Shown here: in pieces, positions 40,315 to 52,775 of the stretch
Layout: every line of letters starts with the position of its first letter
Numbering within the stretch: position 1 is the first letter of the stretch
Assembly (NCBI RefSeq): GCF_002113885.1
Contig: NW_018406963.1
Span: 207,000-270,999, forward strand
From: Mizuhopecten yessoensis
Taxonomy: Eukaryota
Length of the DNA stretch: 64,000 nt
Reading direction: 5' to 3'
Notes under the pieces: model-generated
Told to the model about the DNA's origin: nothing
The model's input: the letters and a program-made list of their open reading frames with translations, nothing else
Databases searched by the model: none
Made by a program: the position numbers and the translations under genes

Positions 40315-41445
40315 TCCTCCCAATCCGCTCCTTAGCGGACTTCCTCCCCCATCCGTTCCTAAGAGATTTTCCCCATCCACACGTTAAAGGACTTCCTCCA
40401 CCTCTACTCCTTAGAGGATTTCCTCCCCATCCACACCTGAGAGGACTTCCTCCAACTCTGCTCCATAGAGGACTTCCTTCCCCATCCGCACCTTAGAGGA
40501 CTTCATCCACCTCCACTCCTTAGAGGACTACCTCGCCATCCAAACTTCAGAGGACTTCATCCACCTCCCCTCCGTATAGGACTTCCTCCCCATCCGCAAC
40601 TTAGAGGACTTCCTTTCCAATCCGCTCTTTGGAGGACTTCCTCTCCTATCCGCACCTTAGAGGTTTTCCTCCCAATCCGCATATTAGAGGACTTTCTCCA
40701 CCTCCGCTCCTTAAAGGACTTCCTCTCTCATCCGCTCTTTGGAGGACTTCCTCTCCATCCGCACATTAGAGGACTTCCTCCCCCATCCGCACCTTAGAGG
40801 ACTTCTTTCACCTCCACTCCTTAGGGGACTTCCTCCTCAATCCGCACCTTAGAGGACTTCTTCTCCCATCCGCAACTTAGAGGACTTCCTCTACTATCCG
40901 CACCTCAGAGGTTTTTCTCCCCATCCGCATTTTAGAGGACTTCCTCCAACTCCGGTCCTTAGAGGACTTCCTCCAACTCCGCACATTAGAGGACTTCCTC
41001 CACATCCGCTCCTTAGAGGACTTCCTCCCCCATCCGCACCTTAGAGGACTTCCTTTCCCATCCGCACCTTAGATGACTTCCTCCCCATCTGCACCTTAGA
41101 GGACTTTCTCCAACTTCGCACCTTAGAGGACTTCCTTTCCCATCCGCACCTTAGAGGACTCCTCTCCTATCCGCACCTTAGAGGTTTTCCTCCCCATCTG
41201 CACATTAGAGGACTTCCTCCACCTTCGCTCATTAGAGGACTTCCTCCCCCATCCGCAACTTAGAAGACTTCCTCTCCCATCCGCACCTTAGAGGACAACT
41301 CCCATCTGTACCTTAGAGGACTTCATCCAACTCCGCTCCTTAGAGTACTTCCTCCCCATCCGCACAATATAGGACCTCCTCCCCCATCTGCACCTTAGAT
41401 GACTTCCTCCCCCATCTGCACCTTAGAGGACTTCCTCCCCCATCC
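40315..41445 (+). repeat. 29-30 bp satellite, ~38 copies
   Basis: Unit CCCCATCCGCACCTTAGAGGACTTCCT(C). Confidence 0.95.
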
Positions 41446-42803
41446 ACACGTCATTCAAGTTTAAATTTGGTTTTTTTCCGTGATGTCACCTCTTACGGTT
41501 TTCCAATGACGTTACATTCTATTCTAGGATTGGTTTTTCCCATATCTCATAAGTAAGCATATAACCACGATTCTCCAAAACGATTCCGAATATATTCAAC
41601 TAACGTTTAGATAGCAACAGAACACGCAATATTTTATTTTTAGACTATACGACGTCCCTTCATTGAAATTGCCGTTACGTCACAAATCTTGGGGATTTTC
41701 CACGACACCCCGGCGCAGCTAGACATGTGACTCCTGTGCGTACAATGCGGTTATAGACACTGTGTACATGATGTCCATTGGAAAAACTGTATGAGGTGAC
41801 ATCACGGAAAAAACCCAAATTTGCATTTGAATGACGTGTGACCTCAAGGAAAAACCCAAGTCTGCCAGGCTGAGCCGGCTGCGCTACCCTAATTTGCATA
41901 AGAATGATATGATGTTATGATGTACGTAGAAATAGACAGCGCTGTACGTATACAGCGCGCAGGTATAGAAAGCGACTAGGGTATTCCGAGTGATACGCTC
42001 GAGTTCGGTATTGTACATGTCTGGCTAACTAACGTCACACTGACAGTTCATTATGACTGTATACCAGTCTAACACATTTATTAATTGATATAATAACTGT
42101 AGTTGATATTGAACATGTCCAAACACGTTAGCTTTGCAGGTCACGGTGTGTATGGACACGTACACAGTGTCTATTACCGCAGTGTTTTTATTAATGTCTA
42201 TTTTTAGACATATGTTTTGTACTGAGTTGTAACAGTATACGAATAAGTTATAGAGCTGTGTAGGGCCGGCTGTGTATTCTATACAAAGTATCTGCAGCTT
42301 GACGAATACTAATATTATCTTTTTAACAGTTCAAATTTTCGTATTTACTGTAAGATTCTGAATACCTAACGTCCCGAAAAACAAAACGAGTCAAGCCTCC
42401 TTCGATCGATTTGGTATCGATGACCCATCAGTAAGCACAAGTGTGGACTACGAACAGACACACATAAACCCTAAATAAAACAAAACAAATCAAGCCTCGC
42501 CCGATCGGATTGAAGCAGTGGTATTGGTGACTCCTCAGTACACACATCAACACACACATGAACCTTAAAATCCTACACTATGAACATTTATTATTGATTA
42601 TAGTCTATCAGAGTTGTGTTGCTATTTTTACGTGTACAATCACAGTACGCCCATATTCAATGTATAGTCAACTTTATAAATACACGTATACTCTCAAAAA
42701 CTATCATTCGATATTACGTTGTGTAAAGATTTTTTCTTATGATAAACTGTTTTTCAATATATATTTTATTTCATTCTTATATTTTTTCTCAACTCCTCCA
42801 CAG

Positions 42804-43305
42804 ATGGCTACACACATATGTTCTTCCTGTCAGGAAATCTTCCATTCCAGCTCTGAAGAGAGACCACTAGATGAAATACATCGCGAATAAGACTTCCTAA
42901 ATGGAAAGGTAGAAATATGTTGTCACATACTACTACGATATACTGTTAATATGTACAAAAATGCTATTTAATTTGCATCTAAAAAGCGTATTGTCGTACT
43001 TTGAACTAAAATAACACAATCCTTTCGGTATGCATTTTGATTGTGTGCGATATAGAGAAGTCTATTTTATATCGTTTACCTTACCCTAAGTGTTGTGTTA
43101 CCGTTTACTTTTTACAACAAAAAGTAAACTTTTATTATCATAATACATTAGTTATTAGTTCTACCGATCAGTCATGTAAACTTTCTCTACGTAGGTTTCA
43201 TAATTCAAAAGGATATGTCTGATATTGAATAATTATTTTCAGGTTTTCCTCTGTTCCACATGCCATCCATCCGAAGGGAATAAATCACAAAAAGGAGCAA
43301 ATCAT
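42804..43305 (+). pseudogene. Possible decayed spliced zinc-finger fragment
   Basis: Exon-like 42804-42908 (MATHICSSCQEIFHS...EIHRE*DFLNGK) followed by 43243 onward (VFLCSTCH...H); one in-frame stop. Confidence 0.25.
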
Positions 43306-45915
43306 GTTTTTCTTTCATACAATAGAACAGAATGGGGGATACGTAATTTTCAATAAAAGGATGAAATTGTATGAATGTTTAACTTCAAATTTATCTCACA
43401 AAAACATCCGTTTTATCATTGCTTTACTGGCAAAATCATTTGTAAATCGGACAAAACCTGTGCACAAAATAAAGATTTTCGTTGTTCAGAATCATGGACC
43501 ATTTTTTCAGTGTTGAGGCAAAATTGCATGAGATGGAATTTTCACCCTCAGAGCTTGGACACATTTATACACTTATCTCACCAAAATTATCATTTCCAAT
43601 AAGTTCTGCACACATACATTGGATATAAAATGAGTGTAAGCATTTGCTTGTCCTTTTTCAAATTACATGTTACAGAAATAGGTAAATTATTTATTGTGGA
43701 CATAAGTTAACACCAAATCGGCACAATTGGTCAAATTAGATGGTTGATATTTTTTTTTATGTAAATGTACCATTTTTCGTGCATTAATTTTGATAAAATG
43801 TGATGTTTTAAGAAGGTAGATATAGACTCATATGGTCACTGAGATTAAGTAATTAGTATTTTCTGAATTCAAATAGAAAACTAGCCAATATTGTCAAGCT
43901 CAAAATGCTTTTAAGCCATATTATCATAGTTCAATACTTTTTCAATGCAAGACCTCTGCTGTAACATTTTGGGTAAATCTGTACTATATATATTTCAGTT
44001 GGTCTTGCTATACGGTTAATCTTATATATATATATATATATATATCCAGTATTGTAAAAAAGGGTAGATATTACACTTCAAAAGTGGTCAGATATGTGAT
44101 TTTCCTTATTTTCTTGATCCTATAGAAGGCCTTTTTCTTTTTTAACAAAGTTTGATTCCAGAAGATTTTTTTCCTGTTAAAATACTGATAGTCTAGCATT
44201 CCAAAAAAAATATTTAAAAAACCTGTTGCAATTAGTTTGAGGTTTGGGCTGATTTAGCGTAAGGTGACTAGACTATACATTCAACAAGTTATAAAACATG
44301 AAGATTGTTTTATGAAGAGCTTCAAGGATACACTTCCTGTAACCCCACTGGACGTCTACTTCGAATTCCGGACGGAAAAAAAATAGTCAACAAGTAGCAA
44401 GGGGGGCAACTCTGTTTACGCCTTCGACGCCCGAGAGCTACGCTCTTATTGTTTGTGTTTATTATTTTTAAGTGCTATTTCAGATATTTTTTAATAGACG
44501 AAACTCTTATCATAAAAGAACTAAAATGTCACAAACCCAAACGAGGAATGTAATCCGGATTTTTTGTACAAAGCCATTTCGTAACTTACAATCTTAAATA
44601 CATTTCCGTTTTATTCTACTTTCGTTTTTTCAATGATACGTGGGTAAGTAAACCATCGTAATTTACTATGCTAATGAGTCGTTTACCAATACAGTTTACC
44701 ATACATATAACTTTATATTAATTGCGTCTTAGGCTAGCACAGATGTTTGCCCGAAGGGCTATCTTTGGCGGATGGAAGATTATTGGAAGGAGGAAATGTG
44801 GTTCCATGTAGAACAATGATAGCTGGCCCCGAGACCAGACTGTTGTCAAATGTCTAAGTCTAGTGTCAGGCAGGGCCAGAGAAATTTTGGGCCAGGTACC
44901 ATGTGCATGTTATCAATGCTCAAACAACTAGCAGATTTTAGGGACTTGGAAATTTCTTGGAATTATATCTATAATACTTTTAGTGGCGCTACACATTATG
45001 TGTTGCTTTTATGATGAATGTCTGCTACTTTCTAGTTCTAAGCTGGCTATGGGAACCGTAGCCCAATGCTTGATCAGTTTATTTCATTTTGAATTTACAA
45101 TAACAGGTCCGACAATGTTAAATTTCAAAATAAACTAGAAAGTAATGACGGGCTTTTCACGGTTACATGATATGCTTGCCCACTTTTAAAATTTCCATAT
45201 GGGAGATTACACCTACTCAGATGTAAAACCATAAATAAAATGTGTGTATGTACACCCCAGGGAAAAATAATTCTTTTAAATGGCATCTTTTGAGATATTC
45301 TTTCAGATGAAATTATCAGATTTTAGAAAATAGGAATAGTTTTAAAAAAATACTGGTTAAAAATGCTTAATGTGAGAGTTTCAAATTTGGGACTCTCCCT
45401 TCTATATAGGGAGAGTTGGTAAGTATGTGACTTGGACTGATTTTGTCTTTGATCACAAACTTTTGTTTAAACCTCCTGGTCTCTACCTCTATGAAGAACA
45501 GGTTAATATAAACAATAGTACTGAAAGTATGCTTTGTTTCTGGTTCAATATAAATCAAAGTATTAATAGTAAGGATACAATGCAAAAATTGTCCAAATTT
45601 GAAGATGGATTTTGGCAGTCATTGTTCAAATCACATTCAAGATATGTCAAGGTCATTCATTGAAACAGCGTTATTGTCCTTCATTCAGGAATGCTCCTTG
45701 TCAAATATCATGGACCCAGGCCTCTTCCTTATTTGGGAGAGGTTGTTTAAACATTTAGTGGAAAGCCCTAAATATCCAAAATTTCAAGGGAAAATAAAAT
45801 AAATCGGACACTTGAGCTATGTTACAGCAGCTAGTTTGTATCCATCTATGCTAGCTAATGCATGCACACATTTTGTATTTATGTTACCAGATTCAATCTT
45901 CACACCTGAAGAAAA

Positions 45916-48900
45916 ATGGCTTCGGGAGGAGATGAGCCTCAGGACTGGAGAGATAATAAGAGTTTGGTACAATGCAACCGCTACATCTTGGAACAGGAAA
46001 TTGGCTGTGATGTTCGTTTTGAGGTCGGAGAGGGAGATAACCAAAAAAGTATGGCGGCTCACAAGTCCCATTTAATGGCAAGAAGTGATGTGTTCTTTGC
46101 CATGTTTGAGGGACCCATGGCTGAACCAAATAGCATGATACAAATACCGGATATTGAGCCAGTCACCTTCAAGTTGATGTTACAGTAAGTATATCTGCAT
46201 TTTGTTTTCAGAAAGAAAAACAAAAACATGCATCAATGTCATTCATGACGTAACAGGACTATAGCAATATTTACTGCCTCGAGTATTTAATTAAATAATG
46301 GACATTTCGACAAAATCCCTTAATAAGTTTATTAGGTAAAACTACAACTTGAAATCCTACCTTAGAATGACATTTCAATTCGCCTCTGGAGTGCAGAGTA
46401 AGTGAAATAGGTCAAAGATACCTATACTTTGATATTTGACCTTAACCTCTGTCAAAGTCTGTCTGCATATCTTCTATACTATTTCACATGGAGTAACCAG
46501 ATGAGGTACATATATGCAGGTACATCTTGGGATCGCAGAGTGCAGAATATGAGTAGTAGGTCACTGACCTTTGACCTTAACCTTTAAAAAGGATTGTCCT
46601 CAGCATATCTTTTATTTTATTTCACAAAGATTAACCAAATTCAGTGTGCATGTAATCCATGTATCTTATGGTGGTGGAGTGCAGTGTATGAAAAGTACAG
46701 TAGTTCACTGTAATCTATGTTTTGACCTCTAACCTCAGTCAGTAATTTAAACAGTTTATACAGAGCATATCTCATCAAAAATGATTTCACCTGGAGTATT
46801 AAACCAGATTTGGTATGCAACTACATCTTGGGATTTCAACAGATGGAGTGCAGAATATGAGAAGTAGGTTACTGTGACCTGTGCTTTGGCCTTTGATCCT
46901 ACCCTTTGTGCATTTTTTTCGCAAGCATGTCACTTTAATCTATTTCACCAGGATAAACCAAATTTAGTATGCAGTTACAGTAAATCTTGAAATGGGGGAG
47001 TACAGTTTAGGAAAAGTAGGTGACTGTAATTACTGTCAAAAACTTCAAACTACTTCTTCTGAAGAACTGAAAGGCCTAGAACCATGATATTTCTTCTGGT
47101 AGCTTCCTAGTTTGGAGTCTTTGTTACAAAGTTTGTTAATATATAAGGCCATTACTTATTTTCAAGATCAAAGTGGCCAACTTATTCTGAAGAACTGAAA
47201 AGCCGATGATTATGAAATTTGACTGGTAGCTCCCTTGAATGGAGCCTGACAATTTAGTTTGCTAACAAAAATGACCTTGAGCTATTTTTGAGGTCACAGG
47301 AATCAAATATGTCAAAAGTTTCAAAACAATTTCTTTTGAAGAACCCATATACTTAATCAAAGTGTATAGTATGCGGCAGGTCTTAACTTAAAATAACAAA
47401 TTCCAGGTGAGCTATTAAGGCCCATTGGCCTCTTGTTAAACGAATATATATTTATTTTCTATATTAAATTTCTTTGAAGTAACAAAATTTGGTATGCAGG
47501 CCAAGTATATCAAAATAAACTGTACCAAAAGCAAGTCACTGTAATATTTAGTTGATACTTTCTTTACATAAGGTTGATACTTCCTTTACATAAGGTTGAT
47601 ACTATCTTTACATTAAGTTGATACTATCTTTACTTAAGGTTGATACTTCCTTTACATAAGGTCGATACTATCTTTACATAAGGTTGATACTATCTTTACA
47701 TTAAGTTGATACTATCTTTACATTAAGTTGATACTTTCTTTACATTAAGTTGATACTATCTTTACATAAGGTTGATACTATCTTTACATTAAGTTGATAC
47801 TATCTTTACATAAGGTTGATACTATCTTTACATAAGGTTGATACTTTCTTTACATACGGTTGAGACTATCTTTACATAAGGTTGATACTATCTTTACATA
47901 AGGTTGATACTATCTTTGTTAACCCTAAGATAGGTGTACTATCTTTGTTAACCCTGAGATAGGTGTACTATCTTTGTAAACCCTGAGATAGGTGTACTAT
48001 CTTTGTTAACCCTGAGATAGGTGTACTATCTTTGTTAACCTTGAGATAGGTGTACTATCTTTGTTAACCCTGAGATAGGTGTACTTTCTTTGTTTACCCT
48101 GAGATAGGTGTACTATCTTTGTAAACCCTGAGATAGGTGTACTATCTTTGTTAACCCTGAGATAGGTGTACTATCTTTGTTAACCCTGAGATAGGTGTAC
48201 AGCTCAGTAAGAAAAGAAATCATTATGGGTTGCCTTGATATACTTTGTGTTAATATTCTTTTTTTTAACGTAAATTTCTTTATTTTTAATAAAAAAATAC
48301 TATTTACTTACAGGTTTATTTACTGTGACGATAACAAAATAGACTTAGTGGATTCCTTTCCTCTCCTGTATGCAGCTCAGAAGTACAACTTAAAAGGCCT
48401 AGCTGTCAAATGTGTCCAGCGCATACGACAGGGAATATCATCGGACAAGGTTTGCTGGATATTCATGCATGGTTGTATTTGGTCCCAGGACGAGGTCAAA
48501 GATCTCTGTATGAAGCACATCATTCACCACTCCTATGCCGTGTTTGGTTCAAAGGGATTCCTCGACATGTCGGAGGAAAGTCTGATTGAGATTCTCAAGA
48601 ACGGGAGGCTCAACATGGAGGAGAAAGACATATTTGAAGCTGTTGTTAAATGGGCCAGAAGAAAATGCAGAACGGAAAACAACCGTGGAAATTTGCGCAA
48701 TGCCTTGGTTAATATTTTGCCACATATTCGATTTGCGAGAATGGAGCTATCATATTTTTCTGAAAAAGTCTCTCACATGGATATCCTGACTCCAGAAAGA
48801 CTTGTCGAAACTTTTCGATTCTTAACCAGCAGGAAGGCAGACCATCCAGATCAACCCAGGGATAGGAGAATCATTTTTGAGAGATTCACAAGAGTGAAGA

Positions 48901-49328
48901 GCGGCAAAGGCTATTTCCGAGGCAATGCGGATGCTATCTCTTTCATGCTTTCAGAAGATGCAAGATTGCATGAGGTGTTGGTCTATGGGAGCTGTCAGTC
49001 TGAAGGTTTATATAAAATAGATATTAAGGTTATAGAAGACGGGGATCGACAGTTGTGTCGGAAGCAGATTGATCTTGAAACAGATGGATTCACGAAGACC
49101 TACCCAATCGAGATAGCGCCCCCGATGATGATGAGCAAAAATATGTGCTACACTTTGTTGATGGTGATGGTAGGGCCAGCCAGTTACTTTGGAGAGAAAG
49201 GGGTGATCGCGAAACAACAGGAAGGGCTTACAATAACTTTTCTACCCAATGAAAAGGGATTGAATGGCACAAACATCAAACAAGGCCAATTCAATAGCTT
49301 AGTATTCAAGAAAACTCGGTCGAGGTAG
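45916..49328 (+). CDS. BTB/POZ-BACK-PHR protein (BTBD2/3/6-like), paralog 2, 427 aa
   Basis: Exons 45916-46184 and 48314-49328; same intron position and phase as paralog 1; intact ORF; probable 5'UTR exon donor at 44643. Confidence 0.9.
47550..48200 (+). repeat. Two abutting minisatellites (22-bp, then 29-bp unit)
   Basis: TAAGGTTGATACTATCTTTACA x~16 (to ~47915), then ACTATCTTTGTTAACCCTGAGATAGGTGT x~10. Confidence 0.93.
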
Positions 49329-49894
49329 ATCTGCTTCGACTTTGATAAAACAAAACAAAAAAAGGTTTCCATACTTTGTACAGATTTAATGCAATGGTTG
49401 GTTTTTCATTTATGTGGGGAGAAAAAGAACCTATGTATGCAGCAATAAAATTTTGGATTCCAGATTGTTAGGACTGTAGTGTTATGGTGATTTCTTGATG
49501 TTCAATAATCTCAGGATGCTTTTACATGACATTCCTTAACCATAACTCATTTACCCCTGAAAGTTCATAATAAGCTATACCAAACTTTGAATTGGAAGAG
49601 TTCAAATGTGTCTTCGGGTGTGAAAGAGTTAAGCTTATGAGGCTGTAGTAATTCGAGTATTATGTAAATATTAACTAAATGCAAGAGACAATCCAGATGT
49701 TATAGTATTCAGAGAAAGCCAGGATTTTTGTGATACATAACGACGATACGCTGTGACGCCATCAAAAGTATCACACATTGGGAAACCAAGTGGAGGGAGA
49801 TCTCCTACACTGGGCTCCTTGGAGGTTTGCAACCCTGACATCACTGTACTTCAAGTACATTGTAGTACAACTTGAGATGCTGGTCATTTGTTAG

Positions 49895-50125
49895 GGCTGC
49901 GGTGGCCAAGTGGTTAAGGCGTCTGACATTCTGCTACCACTAGCCCTCCACCACTGGGTCGTGGGTTTGAACCCTATGTGGGGCAGTCTCCAGGTACTGG
50001 CTGTACAATGTAGGTCGGTGGTGTTTCTCCGGGAACTCCGGCTTTCCTCCACCACCAAGACCAGGCGCGGCCTTAAATGACCATAGCTGTTAATAGGACG
50101 TAAAACACAAACAAACAACCAACAA
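49895..50125 (+). mobile_element. Full-length tRNA-derived SINE (same family as 17218-17435)
   Basis: A/B-box head, tccggctttcctccacca body, (AAAC)n tail; TSD catttgttag at 49885-49894 and 50126-50135. Confidence 0.85.
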
Positions 50126-51453
50126 CATTTGTTAGTCTAATAGTCTTGAAGTCAAATAATAACTAGACATACAAAGAAGAAATTTAAATTGGGGTTTCGA
50201 TAAGATTTCAGGTTGCATGCATCCAACACAAAGTAGGTGTTTTATTTTTGTACATTTTCATAGTACCCCATTACTGTTCTTCTGACTTTTTCATGAAAGT
50301 AGCCGGATAAATATCTATCGTAGGAGGGTATTTTTAACCGGCTACTGGCTTCAAATGAAACCCCTGTGTATATATTCCAGCTAAAAGTTTGCAGCCCACC
50401 TCGGGGTCTGACAGTCCACCAGCAAAGCGAACCACCTTGTGTTGTTAAATAATCACTACGAAAGTACCATTTCAGAAATTAATCATGTTGATGCAGTGCC
50501 AGCCAAACAAATCAAGGATTTTGTACAGCTTTATATGGCCATTTCTTCCATTAAGGACTCACCAGTGGATTCTAAAGGTCAAACGAATTAATGTCTAAAT
50601 AGTTCCGAAGCATATATATATGAAGAAATTCAGGGCAAAGGGGAAAGTGCATACATAACATTTTAGAGTGTTACAAGTTCACAACTTTTTATGCAACAGA
50701 AAATTTATGCTTGAACAAATATTTCGTGTAATAAATGCGAGAACATATTCCAGCTGCAAGGTTATATCCAAATGCTGGGACTGATACTGTTAGTTCACCA
50801 AAAGATCTGTGGGTAATATACTTTCATACACACTATCCTTAGTAAGATAGATTGGGGCAGGTGTTCGTTTGAATACAACCTAAGTCCTTAAAATATCACA
50901 AATTACAGTTTTTATGAGTAAGGATGATTGGTTATGCTGTTTGGTGTTTTTTGCATTTGATTGTACATATATAGCTTACTGTAGATCAGTAGTATTACAC
51001 TACTAATTCCTGCAATTTCTTGATGCGGCAATATTGTCATTGTTTTACTTTAAAAAATGTAATAAATAGCAAATTTAATATTTTTTCCATTAAGTACCAT
51101 ATACATTTCACTCATTTGGCAAAATGTAATCATTTTGCATGTTTAACTCATCTGGCCCAAAGGGTCAAGTGAGATTATTCCATGGGACATTATCCATCAT
51201 CTGTAGTCCATCATTTTGTCCTTCCAAAGCCTACTACTCCTGTACACCTAATCAAATTTTAACCGAATTTGGTCTGAAGAATCATTGAGCTGAGGGGACT
51301 CACTGCTGTATAAACGAAGGGTGTACCTTTAAGTCAATGTTATATAAACAGGAAAAAGAAGTAAATCTTTTTAGATAATTTTTTCTCCAGGTTTTCTAAT
51401 TTTTAATGAATGTGAACAAACAAAGTGTTAATGATTACCTCATGTTCAGTTAT

Positions 51454-51846
51454 TAGGGCTGTCACAATTAATTGGAAAACAGGTATATTGCAATACACGG
51501 GTATAATGTATTGTACATGTACGACAATACAGAGATAAAATATTGCTGTATTGCAATACTTTTTTCAAAAGCTTATTTTTATGTATCTGCTTTGCAAATT
51601 ACTACAAATTCTAACAAATTTCATACTTCAAATTTTGTAATCGGTGGTTGGTTTGACAAAAATCTTAAATCTATGTCATCCATATTATATATGATTAAGT
51701 TTGATAACATTCTGATGACAACTTATTATAAAATTGAGCACATCCTTTCTATGACAATATATCGGGATACGTATCGCAATATATTCATTCTGTATTGTAA
51801 TATATCGTGATACACTCTTGGCGTATTGTGAGTTGTGACACCCCTA
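51454..51846. mobile_element. hAT-type MITE
   Basis: TIR tagggctgtcacaa / ttgtgacaccccta; 8-bp TSD tcagttat; nested in a HINE-like element. Confidence 0.75.
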
Positions 51847-52381
51847 TCAGTTATATTTTTGGCTGATTTGAAATACAATTTTTCTATCTTGGCTTTGATT
51901 AGATAAAATATTTTCTATTTTGCGATTATTAACATGAAACACTTTAACAAATGTTCCTTTTATGGTTCTGACTAAGTGCTTTTATTTTCAAACCTATATT
52001 CACCGTCAAATCTGGCCACCTGTGCATGACGTCTAAATAATTCTCATTTCTACCAGATCAATTTCAAAGAAATCTCATACAGATGTCTCAGTCTTTGCCC
52101 TTACCAAATGTTGTTGTTTTAACTATTTGGCTTAAGAAGAAATCTGAGGTGGTCACCATGGTCTAAAGTTGGAAGGAGTTTTGAAGTCTAGCTTGGATAC
52201 TCGCATGAGAACCATATGAGCGATACAGATCCTATAGGCATCTTGTTTTGTTGATATCATGTAAATCGCTAACATTTTTAATTGTACATATATAGTAAAT
52301 AATAATATTTTATTCTACCACTAACATGTAATTCCTAACCCATCATTTTTGTTACAGTGCATATTTTTATATTACACTTAA

Positions 52382-52775
52382 TAGCGGTGGGCTGATGATT
52401 GATTATAATCGAAACTTGATTGGTTTGCCCTTTTCGATTCCAATTATTGATTACAAATTCCATTATTGATATAATCGGTTCTTGATTAAAAATCGAATGT
52501 TAAATATTTTCAATGTAAAAATGTATTGAAAGTCATATATGCTTATGCAATAAAGCTGCATAAAAATTGCTTGAAATTCATACATTATGGAATAATGAAA
52601 CCTAGTGTATAGTTAACAACTCTGTCTGTTGATGTAACAATAGCGTTCTCACTTTATTTGGGTATTCAGTCCCATTATATTATGAACCGATTATGCAATC
52701 AATCATCGTTCAGTTTTCTACTTCCAAATACGAACCAATTATCGATTATGATTTTGAAATGATTGCCCACCACTA
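52382..52775. mobile_element. Degenerate hAT-type MITE
   Basis: tagcggtgggc...gcccaccacta termini with AATCGATT-like subterminal repeats. Confidence 0.5.

Larger units (their letters stand above)
35660..41902 (-). mobile_element. Decayed, rearranged Polinton/Maverick (adintovirus-like endogenous virus); no pPolB, integrase or ATPase seen in the window
   Basis: Co-oriented penton, core protein, major capsid and adenain remnants; terminus-like ACTATACTACTACT at 40301-40314; internal direct and inverted repeat copies. Left boundary approximate. Confidence 0.85.

Noticed and set aside
40233-41445. ORF 40233-40496 and the 29-bp array as a coding region or CRISPR
   Set aside because: Unit length varies by 1-2 bp and breaks frames; there are no spacers.
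35660-41902. Active or complete Polinton
   Set aside because: Capsid and protease are disabled; no polymerase, integrase or ATPase is visible; no matching second terminus or TSD was found in the window.
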